A DNA stretch of 64,000 nt from Lachnospirales bacterium (GCA_047973385.1 JBKEBX010000022.1:11521-75520), one strand, 5' to 3'; positions 1 to 9,413 are shown, counted from the first letter of the stretch. Notes: a model not told the origin generated them from the sequence alone. Numbers and translations: made by a program.

Positions 1-112
1 TGTTTCCGTCTGTCATAAGGACAAAACTCTAGGTAAGGGTTCCGGAAAGAGCAAAAAAGAAGCTGAGCAAAATTCAGCTAAAGAAGCCCTTATATCTATG
101 GATAAGATATAA
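1..112 (+). CDS. rnc: Ribonuclease III, C-terminal dsRNA-binding domain (partial, window edge)
   Basis: Frame from nt 2 reads VSVCHKDKTLGKGSGKSKKEAEQNSAKEALISMDKI*, the RNase III dsRBD motif GxGxSKKxAEQxAA. Confidence 0.88.
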   Translation, partial: VSVCHKDKTLGKGSGKSKKEAEQNSAKEALISMDKI

Positions 113-143
113 GATAATACATAAAGCTTATTACAAAATATAG

Positions 144-179
144 AAAAAAGGACTATTAAAATTTAATAGTCCTTTTTTT
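144..179. terminator. Bidirectional intrinsic terminator
   Basis: AAAAAAGGACTATTAAA-A-TTTAATAGTCCTTTTTTT inverted repeat with A and T tails. Confidence 0.85.
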
Positions 180-282
180 CATTTATGTTATAGCTTAACT
201 CCCTGCTATCAAAGATTTGATAGCTTTTTATATTAGATGCAAACACAATAATATTGTATTTTCTGCATAAATTATAAACATT

Positions 283-453
283 TTAATTTTCTTCAATTTC
301 AAGTGATTTTTTTATTTCTTCTTGCTCTCTATAATCATTTAGAGTTACAAAACTTGCAAACACAGCAGTCATAATAATTAAAATAATCACAGCAATAAAA
401 ATCATAAATCTAGCTAAAATCTTATTGTAATCAGCTTTTCTATCTTCACTCAA
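283..453 (-). CDS. Small single-TM membrane protein, 56 aa (not in ORF track)
   Basis: TTG start 7 nt after GAGGTG SD; MSEDRKADYNKILARFMIFIAVIILIIMTAVFASFVTLNDYREQEEIKKSLEIEEN*. Confidence 0.7.
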   Translation of the reverse strand: MSEDRKADYNKILARFMIFIAVIILIIMTAVFASFVTLNDYREQEEIKKSLEIEEN

Positions 454-484
454 CTTAAATCACCTCTTAATTACTTATAAGATT

Positions 485-511
485 TTATCGGCTTATTTCA
501 CTAAAAAATTA
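485..511 (-). promoter_or_regulatory. Putative sigma28 (SigD/FliA) promoter
   Basis: TAAT-N15-GCCGATAA upstream of the 56-aa ORF; -10 box is consensus. Confidence 0.6.
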
Positions 512-572
512 ACACTTTTTAGCAAAAAATACTCATAGTTATTTCAACCTATATATAAATGTGCTTGTTTGC

Positions 573-1079
573 TCATATTTGTTCAGAAAAGTCTATAACT
601 CTCGCCTCCGACGGCTTAAACATTTTACCAAGAGCTACATATTGTGGTCTTCTTTGAATAAATAATTGACTTAAAAATAAACTTTCCACATTGGAACGCA
701 ATAACTCATATCTATCTATAACAAAGTTAAAATCTTTGTCAAATGCAAATTCTTCATAATTACTTTGTTCCATTAATTTACCCATAATCTTACTTACGAT
801 TGTAAAAACTGAATGTCTGTCAATATATTGGTTAAAAATTACACTCCCCTCGTACTCCAAAAAATCTAATTCACTATCAATATATGGCAAAAGGTCTTTA
901 TTCGTCTCACTAAGTAACATTTTATGAAAGTTTCCTTCATGGACAAAATCTCTATCATACTTTTTTTGCGTTTTTTTTGGTTGTTGTACATTTTGGGCTA
1001 CCTTAGTTTTTACATATTTCTCATCTGGTTTTAAAACTATATTTTGATTTATAAAATCTTTTTGAATAGCTCTTTGCAT
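573..1079 (-). CDS. Conserved clostridial hypothetical protein, probably sporulation-related
   Basis: 168-aa ORF with strong SD; segment LEYEGSVIFNQYID recalls a Lachnospirales hypothetical family; sigmaK-like promoter upstream. Confidence 0.65.
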   Translation of the reverse strand: MQRAIQKDFINQNIVLKPDEKYVKTKVAQNVQQPKKTQKKYDRDFVHEGNFHKMLLSETNKDLLPYIDSELDFLEYEGSVIFNQYIDRHSVFTIVSKIMGKLMEQSNYEEFAFDKDFNFVIDRYELLRSNVESLFLSQLFIQRRPQYVALGKMFKPSEARVIDFSEQI

Positions 1080-1080
1080 A

Positions 1081-1134
1081 AAAAACCCCTCCTTAATTTC
1101 ATATTTTAGTATATGAAACAGGAGGGGTTTTGTG
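1081..1134 (-). promoter_or_regulatory. Hairpin (glgP terminator / RBS sequestration) overlapping a sigmaK-like promoter
   Basis: Minus strand CACAAAACCCCTCCTGTTTCATAT-ACTAAA-ATATGAAATTAAGGAGGGGTTTTT; AC-N16-CATATACT. Confidence 0.6.
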
Positions 1135-1153
1135 ATTTATATTGATAAGTTTT

Positions 1154-3634
1154 TTATAAAACTAACTCAACATCTTCAATTTTTGTAGTTTGAAGTTTCC
1201 AAACTTCTTCACTATATTGTGCAATAGTACGGTCTGATGAAAACTTACCAGATTTAGCAACATTTGTAATAGTAGCTTTTGCCCAAGCTTTTTCATCACG
1301 ATATAACTTTTCAACTTCTTTTTGAGCATCTTTGTACGCTTCAAAATCTTTAAGCACAAAGTATTGGTCAGGAATTGAACCTTCATATCCATTTAATAAA
1401 GCTTCATAAATTTCTCTAAACAACTCTGTATCAGGGTCGAATGTACCATTTATAAGTTGAGTTAAAACTTTTCTTATATCACCATTTAAATTATACTCAT
1501 CCCAAGGCGAATAAGTTCTGTTTTGTTCTTGTTCAATAACTTCTTCTGACTTCATGCCAAAGATGAAACAGTTTTCTTCCCCTACTTCTTCAACGATTTC
1601 AACGTTTGCACCATCTAAAGTACCTAAAGTTATAGCACCGTTTAACATAAACTTCATATTACCTGTACCAGATGCCTCTTTACTCGCTGTTGAGATTTGT
1701 TCCGATATATCAGATGCTGGGAAAATATGCTCTGCAAGTGATACTCTATAATTTTCAAGGAATACAACTTTAATACGACCACGAACAACAGGGTCATTGT
1801 TAACTTTTTCTGCAACTGAATTTATTAATTTAATAATTAGCTTAGCTCTCTTATATGCCGCAGAAGCCTTTGCACCAAAAATAAATGTTCTTGGAACCAT
1901 ATCAATATTTGGATTTTCTCTAATCTCATTATATAGGTACATTATATGAAGTATATTCATAAGTTGTCGCTTATATTCATGTAAACGTTTAATTTGTACA
2001 TCATATATAGATTCAGGGTCAATATCAACTCCCATATTTGCTTTAACATAATCAGCAAAATCACGTTTATTGGCTTTTTTAATTTCTATAAACTCATTAA
2101 CAAATTTATCGTCATCAACAAAATCTAAAAGTTTTTCAAGTTCTGATAAATCCTTAGCATAGCCATTACCGATTTTTGAAGATATGAGTTTAGAAAGTCT
2201 AGGATTTGACTTTAACAGCCATCTTCTTTGAGTTATACCATTTGTTTTATTATTGAACTTTTCTGGGTATATTTCATAGAAATCTTTTAAAACTTTCGCT
2301 TTAAGTATTTCTGTATGAAGTCTTGCAACACCATTTACAGAAAAAGAACCTACTATTGCAAGGTGAGCCATACGGATTTCACCGTCAGCTACAATTGCCA
2401 TTTTACGAATTTTTTGAGGGTCATTACCAAATCTTTCGATTAGGTGACCACAAAAACGTTTATTGATTTCTTCCACTATCATATAAATTCTTGGTAGAAC
2501 TCTTGAGAATAGTTCGATTGGCCATTTTTCAAGAGCCTCAACCATAATAGTATGGTTTGTATATGCACAACACTTTTTAGTAACTTCCCAAGCTTCATCC
2601 CAAGTGAAATAATTTTCATCAATAAGAACACGCATAAGCTCAGCAACCGTAACTGCTGGGTGTGTATCATTTAGTTGGAACACTACATATTTATCTAACT
2701 CATGTAAATCTTTTCCTAACTCTTTAACTTTACCAATAGCACGTCCAATCGTAGCCGAGTTAAAAAAGTATTGTTGCTTCAAACGAAGTTCTTTACCTTT
2801 AACATGTTCATCAGCAGGATATAAAACTTCAACTAAAGTTTTTGCAAGTAGCTCATCAGCAACAGCTTTGTTGTAGTTACCTTCATTAAATGATTCAAGG
2901 TCAAAACGGTTAACAGCCTCCGCATCCCATAAACGTAATGTGTTAACTGTGTTGTTGTCATAACCTATAACAGGGTAATCAAAAGGTATTGCGTTAACAG
3001 CATCATAGTTTTCAAGTTCAAATCTATATCCGTTTATTTTTTCATCAAAAACAGATACTACATTTCCACCAAACTTAACTATTTGTTTATACTCAGGGCG
3101 TCTTACTCCCCAAGAATCCACATTTTTAAGCCAATTGTCAGGGTATTCAACTTGATAACCATTTTCAATTCTTTGTTCAAAAAGACCATTTTTATATCTT
3201 ATACCACAACCATAAGCAGGTAACTCTAAAGTTGCAAGTGAGTCTAAGAAACAAGCAGCAAGACGGCCAAGACCACCATTACCAAGCCCTGGATCACATT
3301 CAGCATCTTCAATTTCATTTAAGTTAAGCCCTAAATCATTTAATGCTTCAGAAATCTTTTCATCTAATGTAAGGTTAATTAGCGCATTTCCTAAAAAACG
3401 TCCCATTAAAAATTCCATAGAAAGATAATACAGAACTTTAGTGCTACTTTCAGTATACACATCGTGAGTTGCAATCCACTTATCCGAAACTATATCACGG
3501 ATTGTATAAGCTAACCCTTCGTAAATTTGTTGGTTACTTGCTTGTTCAATATTTTTTCTCGCAATATTTTTTACATTTTCAATAAGTCTTACTTTAAAAT
3601 CATCTTTTGTTATTCCTTGTAAAATATCCACCAT
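1154..3634 (-). CDS. glgP: Glycogen/alpha-glucan phosphorylase
   Basis: GLGNGGLGRLAACF, QIKRLHEYKRQ and PLP-site EASGTGNMKF motifs. Confidence 0.97.
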   Translation of the reverse strand: MVDILQGITKDDFKVRLIENVKNIARKNIEQASNQQIYEGLAYTIRDIVSDKWIATHDVYTESSTKVLYYLSMEFLMGRFLGNALINLTLDEKISEALNDLGLNLNEIEDAECDPGLGNGGLGRLAACFLDSLATLELPAYGCGIRYKNGLFEQRIENGYQVEYPDNWLKNVDSWGVRRPEYKQIVKFGGNVVSVFDEKINGYRFELENYDAVNAIPFDYPVIGYDNNTVNTLRLWDAEAVNRFDLESFNEGNYNKAVADELLAKTLVEVLYPADEHVKGKELRLKQQYFFNSATIGRAIGKVKELGKDLHELDKYVVFQLNDTHPAVTVAELMRVLIDENYFTWDEAWEVTKKCCAYTNHTIMVEALEKWPIELFSRVLPRIYMIVEEINKRFCGHLIERFGNDPQKIRKMAIVADGEIRMAHLAIVGSFSVNGVARLHTEILKAKVLKDFYEIYPEKFNNKTNGITQRRWLLKSNPRLSKLISSKIGNGYAKDLSELEKLLDFVDDDKFVNEFIEIKKANKRDFADYVKANMGVDIDPESIYDVQIKRLHEYKRQLMNILHIMYLYNEIRENPNIDMVPRTFIFGAKASAAYKRAKLIIKLINSVAEKVNNDPVVRGRIKVVFLENYRVSLAEHIFPASDISEQISTASKEASGTGNMKFMLNGAITLGTLDGANVEIVEEVGEENCFIFGMKSEEVIEQEQNRTYSPWDEYNLNGDIRKVLTQLINGTFDPDTELFREIYEALLNGYEGSIPDQYFVLKDFEAYKDAQKEVEKLYRDEKAWAKATITNVAKSGKFSSDRTIAQYSEEVWKLQTTKIEDVELVL

Positions 3635-3672
3635 TAAACCTCCTAAATATTTTTGTAATTTATGTTACATTC

Positions 3673-3700
3673 ATTATAACACCTATTTTCACAGTGTCAA
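3673..3700 (-). promoter_or_regulatory. SigA promoter of glgP
   Basis: TTGACA-N16-TATAAT with extended TG; TGTAA-N6-TTACA palindrome just downstream (3654-3669). Confidence 0.7.
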
Positions 3701-3757
3701 GTAAAAAGCCCCTAAAAATGTGTATAAATAATATTGGGAACGTTTCCAACACTTTTT

Positions 3758-4486
3758 CTAAAATGTAAATTTTATGTAAAAACTTGCTAAATATCCTATG
3801 CATATAAACAATATTGTTGCATTACCACGCCTATTTTCATTACTTTTAGGTATATGTTGACCAAAACTTTTTATTAGTAAATCTGCACATAAAATATAAA
3901 TAAAAACATAACTTATTTCTTGATTTATATGAATTATAAATATTCCTAAGTAAATAAATAAACTTTGTAGCACACTAACAGTCATAATAAAATAAGTTAA
4001 ATATGTATATCTTATATGATTACTAATTGGTTCTTTTAAAAAAATGCAAACATTTTCTATAAAAAGATGAATTAGTATACCAATCATAAAAGGTTCTATA
4101 TGCTTTTCAATTAAAATAATAGCACTTACTCCAAAAAATAAATGTATATTATGTAAACTATATATTATTGGATATAAGTATTTGTTTTTTACAATATTGT
4201 TAGCCTTACTATGCAATTGTAATCTATGAATAAATAACAGCAAAAATATTAAAAAGCATAAAATTATACAGCTTACAAAAGGTCTATTATGTTCTAAGGC
4301 AACAGGTATTAAATCGAAACTAACAAATGCAATAAAAATACCGCCTAAAAATCCTATAATTAAATTTTGTATTCCCTTTGTATTTTTTATTTTAGAAGAT
4401 AAGTAAAAAGACAGTATATATGTGATAGCTATCACAATTATAAAAACACTTAAATACTCTTGTGAAATGTAAAAATTCTTATACAT
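3758..4486 (-). CDS. Divergent ZIP/ZupT-family metal transporter-like membrane protein
   Basis: Multi-TM; GFLGGIFIAFVSFDLIPVALE and SLHN resemble ZupT, but the HNxPEG motifs are degenerate. Confidence 0.55.
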   Translation of the reverse strand: MYKNFYISQEYLSVFIIVIAITYILSFYLSSKIKNTKGIQNLIIGFLGGIFIAFVSFDLIPVALEHNRPFVSCIILCFLIFLLLFIHRLQLHSKANNIVKNKYLYPIIYSLHNIHLFFGVSAIILIEKHIEPFMIGILIHLFIENVCIFLKEPISNHIRYTYLTYFIMTVSVLQSLFIYLGIFIIHINQEISYVFIYILCADLLIKSFGQHIPKSNENRRGNATILFICIGYLASFYIKFTF

Positions 4487-4524
4487 CTAACCTCCAAAAA
4501 TTTAATTTATATTTATATCAAAAT

Positions 4525-4557
4525 GTGACAAATATTTCATATTAAATAGTTTATACT
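4525..4557 (+). promoter_or_regulatory. spoIIE-type Spo0A-activated SigA promoter with long spacer
   Basis: GTGACA-N21-TATACT; 21-22 bp spacing is characteristic of Bacillus spoIIE/spoIIG promoters. Confidence 0.55.
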
Positions 4558-4589
4558 TAAAGTAACTATTTAATATGACGAGGTATAAA

Positions 4590-6815
4590 ATGCAAAAAAA
4601 ATATAATAAAATCATAAATTATAACATGCTGAACCATTTAACTAATAACATTTCTCAAAACTACTTAACTTATTTTCTTTCAGTCATGTATGTTTATTTA
4701 TTTAGTAAGTCCTTTATTTTTATTTACATAAACCCTTTTATACTGCCGATTTTATTCGGTTTTATGACTATGAGTAAAAACATGAATATAGTAATTGGTA
4801 TATCATCATTTTTAGGTATTTTAACCTATTTTTATGATAATTCAAAAGGACAAGACTATATTCCCATAATTATAGGTTATTCATTATTAATCAAATATAT
4901 TACAACATTGTCTCTTTTTTACATTTGGTCCAGTTACATAAAAAATTATAAAAAAAAATTATACAAAAATTTATCAGAGCTAACTTGCACACTTGCTATA
5001 TTCCCTCTATGCCTATCGATAATTTCTCTTTTAGGTAGTTTGGTAGTTTTAGTTAACTATAAGTTTCAAGTGTATCATGTACTTTTAGCTTTAGTTGAAT
5101 GCTCTCTTGTGTATTTTTTAAGTTTTTATATATCTAATGCCCTATGTTTCTTTACACTTTCTAAACCAATACAAATTAAAAAACTAAAAGAAAATGAAAT
5201 GATATCCCTAATGATTTTTTTGTTTATTATAATATTTAGTATTAAGGATTTATCTGTTCTTAATATACAAATATCTATGGCTATATTTGTTCTCTCGATG
5301 CTTGTTATTGCAACATACTTTGATATATACAAAGCTTTTTTACTTAGTAGCCTTTCTACTTTTTTTTACGTTGCACCTATTAGTTTTACTTTTAATGAAC
5401 TTGGTTTAAATGTTTTTACAATGGGTTTTGCTACATGTTTAATGGCTTCTTTCCCATATAAAAATAAATACGCTTTATCCTTTATATTTCTATTTTTATA
5501 TCTCTTTATACATAAGATTTTGCTGTATAATTACAACAATATATTCACTTACTCAACTATTGTTTTTGCCATAATTTGTTATTTACTTATTGATTTTGAT
5601 TATCTTAGTAAAAAAGCTTTTAAATATCCATCACTTGCTTTAAAAGAAAATAAAAACAATATCTCCCTAGTTAAACTAAAAAGGAAGATTAATTTCACTA
5701 TATCTAATCAAAAAACAAACATAAACAACATAAATAAAATTATAGAAAGAGAAATAGAAAATATCGAACTTGATAATTCTTTAGAAAAAATAAACACCTT
5801 TAAAAAGCTTATTTTAACACAATCTAATTTATATAATAATAATATTGAGGCTTTAAAAACCACTTTAGAACAAGATTTTTCAAAATATATAGAACTAGAA
5901 AGTAAGCTTCTTTACTTATATTCAAAAAATAATTTTAATGTCAAAAGCACGTTTATACAAAATTTTAATAACAAATTAGAAGTTACTATTATACTTGGTA
6001 ATTATGTTGATACATATAGAAATAATAAAAATATTTGTAATCTAACATCTAGCTTAATAAAAGGAGAAGTTAAAAATAGTGATGATTTCTACATAACAAA
6101 ATCATATTATTATAGTAAAGATAATTCTTATATACTTATTTTAAGAGAAAAACAAAAACTGCAATATGATATAGAAATTTCTACACATTCAAAAAAACAA
6201 GAAGAAATTTCAGGAGATAGCTTTACAAAAATTTCTTTACCTAAAGGAATTGATGTTATAGCTCTTGCTGATGGTATGGGCAGTGGATATGACGCCTTTC
6301 TTAAAAGTAGCACAGCTTTAAACATACTTGACGATTTACTCTTATCGGATATTTCTATTGACGATTCAATATCACTCATAAACAACCTATCTCTTTTAAC
6401 TAACAACAATGATACTTTTACGACTTTAGACTTACTTTTAATTGACAAGAATAACTGCACTGCAACTTTTATAAAACTCGGTGCTTGTCCATCATATTTA
6501 CAAAGAAATGGGCTACTTCGCAAAATAGAAGATAAAACTTTACCTTTGGGTATTTTAGAGGAGATTACTTATAAAAAAACAACTATAAATTTAAACAAAA
6601 ATGATAAAATAGTATTTTATTCTGACGGTATATATGAGGCTAACAAAGATGTATATAACGGAGATGCATGGCTTCAAAGCCTTATAAAAAATAGTAATAA
6701 TAAAAGTTTAAAAAGCCTTTGTAATAGTATTGTTAGTAAAGCACTTTCTTTTTCCAATAATGTTCCTTGTGATGATATGCTACTTATTTGTGTAAACATA
6801 AAAGATGTAAATTAA
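4590..6815 (+). CDS. spoIIE: Stage II sporulation protein E (membrane PP2C phosphatase), divergent
   Basis: About 10 TM segments at N-terminus; SGDSF, LADGMGSG, TTLDL, SDG and DDM PP2C motifs; spoIIE-tilS-hpt-ftsH synteny. Confidence 0.85.
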   Translation: MQKKYNKIINYNMLNHLTNNISQNYLTYFLSVMYVYLFSKSFIFIYINPFILPILFGFMTMSKNMNIVIGISSFLGILTYFYDNSKGQDYIPIIIGYSLLIKYITTLSLFYIWSSYIKNYKKKLYKNLSELTCTLAIFPLCLSIISLLGSLVVLVNYKFQVYHVLLALVECSLVYFLSFYISNALCFFTLSKPIQIKKLKENEMISLMIFLFIIIFSIKDLSVLNIQISMAIFVLSMLVIATYFDIYKAFLLSSLSTFFYVAPISFTFNELGLNVFTMGFATCLMASFPYKNKYALSFIFLFLYLFIHKILLYNYNNIFTYSTIVFAIICYLLIDFDYLSKKAFKYPSLALKENKNNISLVKLKRKINFTISNQKTNINNINKIIEREIENIELDNSLEKINTFKKLILTQSNLYNNNIEALKTTLEQDFSKYIELESKLLYLYSKNNFNVKSTFIQNFNNKLEVTIILGNYVDTYRNNKNICNLTSSLIKGEVKNSDDFYITKSYYYSKDNSYILILREKQKLQYDIEISTHSKKQEEISGDSFTKISLPKGIDVIALADGMGSGYDAFLKSSTALNILDDLLLSDISIDDSISLINNLSLLTNNNDTFTTLDLLLIDKNNCTATFIKLGACPSYLQRNGLLRKIEDKTLPLGILEEITYKKTTINLNKNDKIVFYSDGIYEANKDVYNGDAWLQSLIKNSNNKSLKSLCNSIVSKALSFSNNVPCDDMLLICVNIKDVN

Positions 6816-6887
6816 ATACATCTTTTATGTTTAAAAAAACTCATTTGTCTTATAATTTATATGAAAGTCTTACATGAGGAGGCATTT

Positions 6888-7166
6888 ATGAAAAACTATA
6901 ATAATGATGAAAACTATCAACCTTTTTCAAAACGTGCAGAAAATATTTTATCACGAATGGAAAACATAGAAACAAATAAACTTATTGACAAATATAAATC
7001 TTATTCTAAGCCAAGTTCACAAAGTAGCAAAAACGCAATCTCCCTTACTGTTTCAAGGGAAACTTATAAAAAAAATGATAAATATATTAATATGCTTCTA
7101 TATTTTTCCTTTGCTTTAGCTATTTTTCTTTTTATTCTAATGGGTTTTGATATGTTTTTTAGATGA
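6888..7166 (+). CDS. Hypothetical protein with C-terminal TM anchor
   Basis: GAGGAGG SD, ATG at 6888, hydrophobic C-terminus. Confidence 0.65.
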   Translation: MKNYNNDENYQPFSKRAENILSRMENIETNKLIDKYKSYSKPSSQSSKNAISLTVSRETYKKNDKYINMLLYFSFALAIFLFILMGFDMFFR

Positions 7167-7191
7167 AAACTTGTTTTTTTAGTGTTCTTAC

Positions 7192-7220
7192 TTGATTTTA
7201 TCTCACTTTTTATTTATACT
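7192..7220 (+). promoter_or_regulatory. SigA promoter of tilS-hpt-ftsH
   Basis: TTGATT-N17-TATACT. Confidence 0.6.
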
Positions 7221-7225
7221 ATAAA

Positions 7226-7382
7226 GGTAATCTCTAAAAACTTATTTTTCGACCTTGAAAAATATAGAAAAATCCATTTTCCGCCTTTGTCAAAAGTATG
7301 AAAATTCTCTTTTTCTTTTGCAACGTTTACATTTATTTTAATTTTTCAAAAGTTAAAAATAAATGAAGTTTTAGAGGTGACC
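7226..7382. mobile_element. MITE-like element (outer), containing a nested copy
   Basis: Ends GGTAATCTCTAAAAACTT and AAGTTTTAGAGGTGACC; flanked by TAAA on both sides. Confidence 0.65.
7248..7330 (+). mobile_element. MITE-like repeat, internally deleted copy (nested)
   Basis: CGACCTTGAAAAATATAGAAAAATCCATTTTC...TTTTGCAACGTTTAC aligns to the 12843 and 56011 copies; flanked by ATTT/ATTT. Confidence 0.75.
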
Positions 7383-7408
7383 TAAAAAATTATATTATAG
7401 GTATTAAA

Positions 7409-8845
7409 ATGAAAAAAAATGGTAACTTAGACTTTGATGTATACTTAGAATTCAAAAAAAATATTGAAGAAAATAAAATGCTATTAGACAAAGATAGGCT
7501 TATTGTCGCCCTCTCTGGAGGGGTAGATTCTGTGTCTTTGCTATGTTTGCTTAAAAAATATATAGAAGAAAACAACTTAGATATTAAGATTGAAGCATGT
7601 CACATAAATCATCAAATACGTAGCGATGCTTTAAATGACGAAAATTTTTGCAAAAAATTATGCGATAGTCTAAGTGTAAAACTTCATATATGGTCTTTTA
7701 ATGCTGAAGAAAAATCAAAAAAAAATGGTCAATCTGTGGAAGATGCTAGTCGTACTTTTAGATATGAAACTTTTTCCAAAAACTTTAAAAATTATAAAAT
7801 TTTTATCGGTCATAACAAAGAGGATAAATGTGAAACTTTACTTTTAAACTTAGCTCGTGGTGCAGGACTTGACGGTCTTTGCTCAATGAATTTTATAAGC
7901 CTTAACAAGTACAACTCCCTACTTTATCGTCCACTACTTAGTATTAACAAAATTTATTTATATGAATATCTTAAAAGTATAAACTGTTCTCATAAAGAAG
8001 ATTATACAAACGCAGATTTAAATTATACTAGAAATTATGTAAGAATTAATATTTTACCTTTGTTCGAAAATGTAAATCAAAACTATATCGACAATATATA
8101 TAAAAGTTCTATGTTGCTAAAGTCTGATAAAGATTATTTTGATGAGATTGTAAAAGAAGTCTATAAAAAAGTTTATATTAATAAGTTTTCAATAAATTTA
8201 AAAGTTTTGTATTCCTATCATATTTCTATTCAACGTAAAGTCATACGTTATGCTATTAAATTATCTTTTACATTAACTGATATAACTTTAGAGCATATTG
8301 ATAATATTTTAGAATTAGGTGCAAAAAACGGAACAAAAGCTATAAGTCTACCAAGCAATATTACAGCTACCACATACAATTATGTCCTATTTTTAGAGAG
8401 TAATATCAAAAACACACAAAATGAGGCATTTTCTTACAATATTATTCCCGAAAAACTTATATATGTTAAAGAAATTAACCAATATTTTTTCTTAACAAGT
8501 AACTCTGACACTGAATTTTTAACTGATTGTTTGAAAAATCAAAGTAATTTTAATTTTGCAGTTGTAAAATCCTTTGAAATTATGTATAATTATTATTATG
8601 ATATCCTTTTACGGTATAGACAAAATGGAGATAAAATATATATTCCATCTTTAAGAGGTACAAAACAAATTAAGAAATATTTTATTGATGAGAAAATACC
8701 TATCCATTTTCGTGATAAAACACCTCTTATAACCAAAAAAGATAGTAATGAGGTTTTATGTATATTAGATAAAAAAGGTATTTGTTCTACACCTACTGAC
8801 ACAAAGGATAATAAGATTTATTTATATATATTGGAGGAAATATAA
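7409..8845 (+). CDS. tilS: tRNA(Ile)-lysidine synthase
   Basis: SGGVDS PP-loop, GHNKEDKCET, RPLL, TRNYVR; synteny. Confidence 0.95.
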   Translation: MKKNGNLDFDVYLEFKKNIEENKMLLDKDRLIVALSGGVDSVSLLCLLKKYIEENNLDIKIEACHINHQIRSDALNDENFCKKLCDSLSVKLHIWSFNAEEKSKKNGQSVEDASRTFRYETFSKNFKNYKIFIGHNKEDKCETLLLNLARGAGLDGLCSMNFISLNKYNSLLYRPLLSINKIYLYEYLKSINCSHKEDYTNADLNYTRNYVRINILPLFENVNQNYIDNIYKSSMLLKSDKDYFDEIVKEVYKKVYINKFSINLKVLYSYHISIQRKVIRYAIKLSFTLTDITLEHIDNILELGAKNGTKAISLPSNITATTYNYVLFLESNIKNTQNEAFSYNIIPEKLIYVKEINQYFFLTSNSDTEFLTDCLKNQSNFNFAVVKSFEIMYNYYYDILLRYRQNGDKIYIPSLRGTKQIKKYFIDEKIPIHFRDKTPLITKKDSNEVLCILDKKGICSTPTDTKDNKIYLYILEEI

Positions 8846-8847
8846 AA

Positions 8848-9378
8848 ATGACTGAGTACATTGATGTTTTAATCAGTAATGAAGATTTACACAAGAGAAT
8901 TAAAGAAGTAGCCGAAGAAATCAATAGAGATTACGCAGGTAAAGAAATAGTTTTAATCGGTGCTTTAAAGGGTGCTGTTATGTTTATGGTAGATTTATCT
9001 AAGGAGCTAACTTGTGATGTCAAGTTTGATTTTATAGATGTTTCTAGCTATCATGGAAGTACTGAAAGTTCAGGTAATGTTGTTTTAAACAAAGATATTG
9101 AACATGATATAACAGACGCTCATGTTCTTCTGGTTGAAGACATTGTTGATACTGGACATAGCCTTGTTGCTATTCGTAATACTTTAGAAAAAAAGAATCC
9201 TGCTTCTCTTAAAGTATGTGCTTTACTTAATAAACAAGAACGACGTGAAGTTGAAAATCTTGTTGTTGATTATCTAGGTTTCGAAATTCCTAATAAATTT
9301 GTTGTAGGATATGGTCTTGACTATGACCAAAGACTTCGTAATCTTGATTATATCGGCATTATGCGTTTCAAAGACTAA
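8848..9378 (+). CDS. hpt: Hypoxanthine phosphoribosyltransferase
   Basis: VEDIVDTG PRPP loop, FVVGYGLD. Confidence 0.97.
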   Translation: MTEYIDVLISNEDLHKRIKEVAEEINRDYAGKEIVLIGALKGAVMFMVDLSKELTCDVKFDFIDVSSYHGSTESSGNVVLNKDIEHDITDAHVLLVEDIVDTGHSLVAIRNTLEKKNPASLKVCALLNKQERREVENLVVDYLGFEIPNKFVVGYGLDYDQRLRNLDYIGIMRFKD

Positions 9379-9413
9379 ATAACTTAAACAAAAAAAATCA
9401 AAAGAGGTAATCC

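Noticed and set aside
3735-3749. TGGGAACGTTTCCAA palindrome resembling fused MITE ends or an excision footprint
   Set aside because: Too short and lacks a flanking duplication; cannot be told from chance
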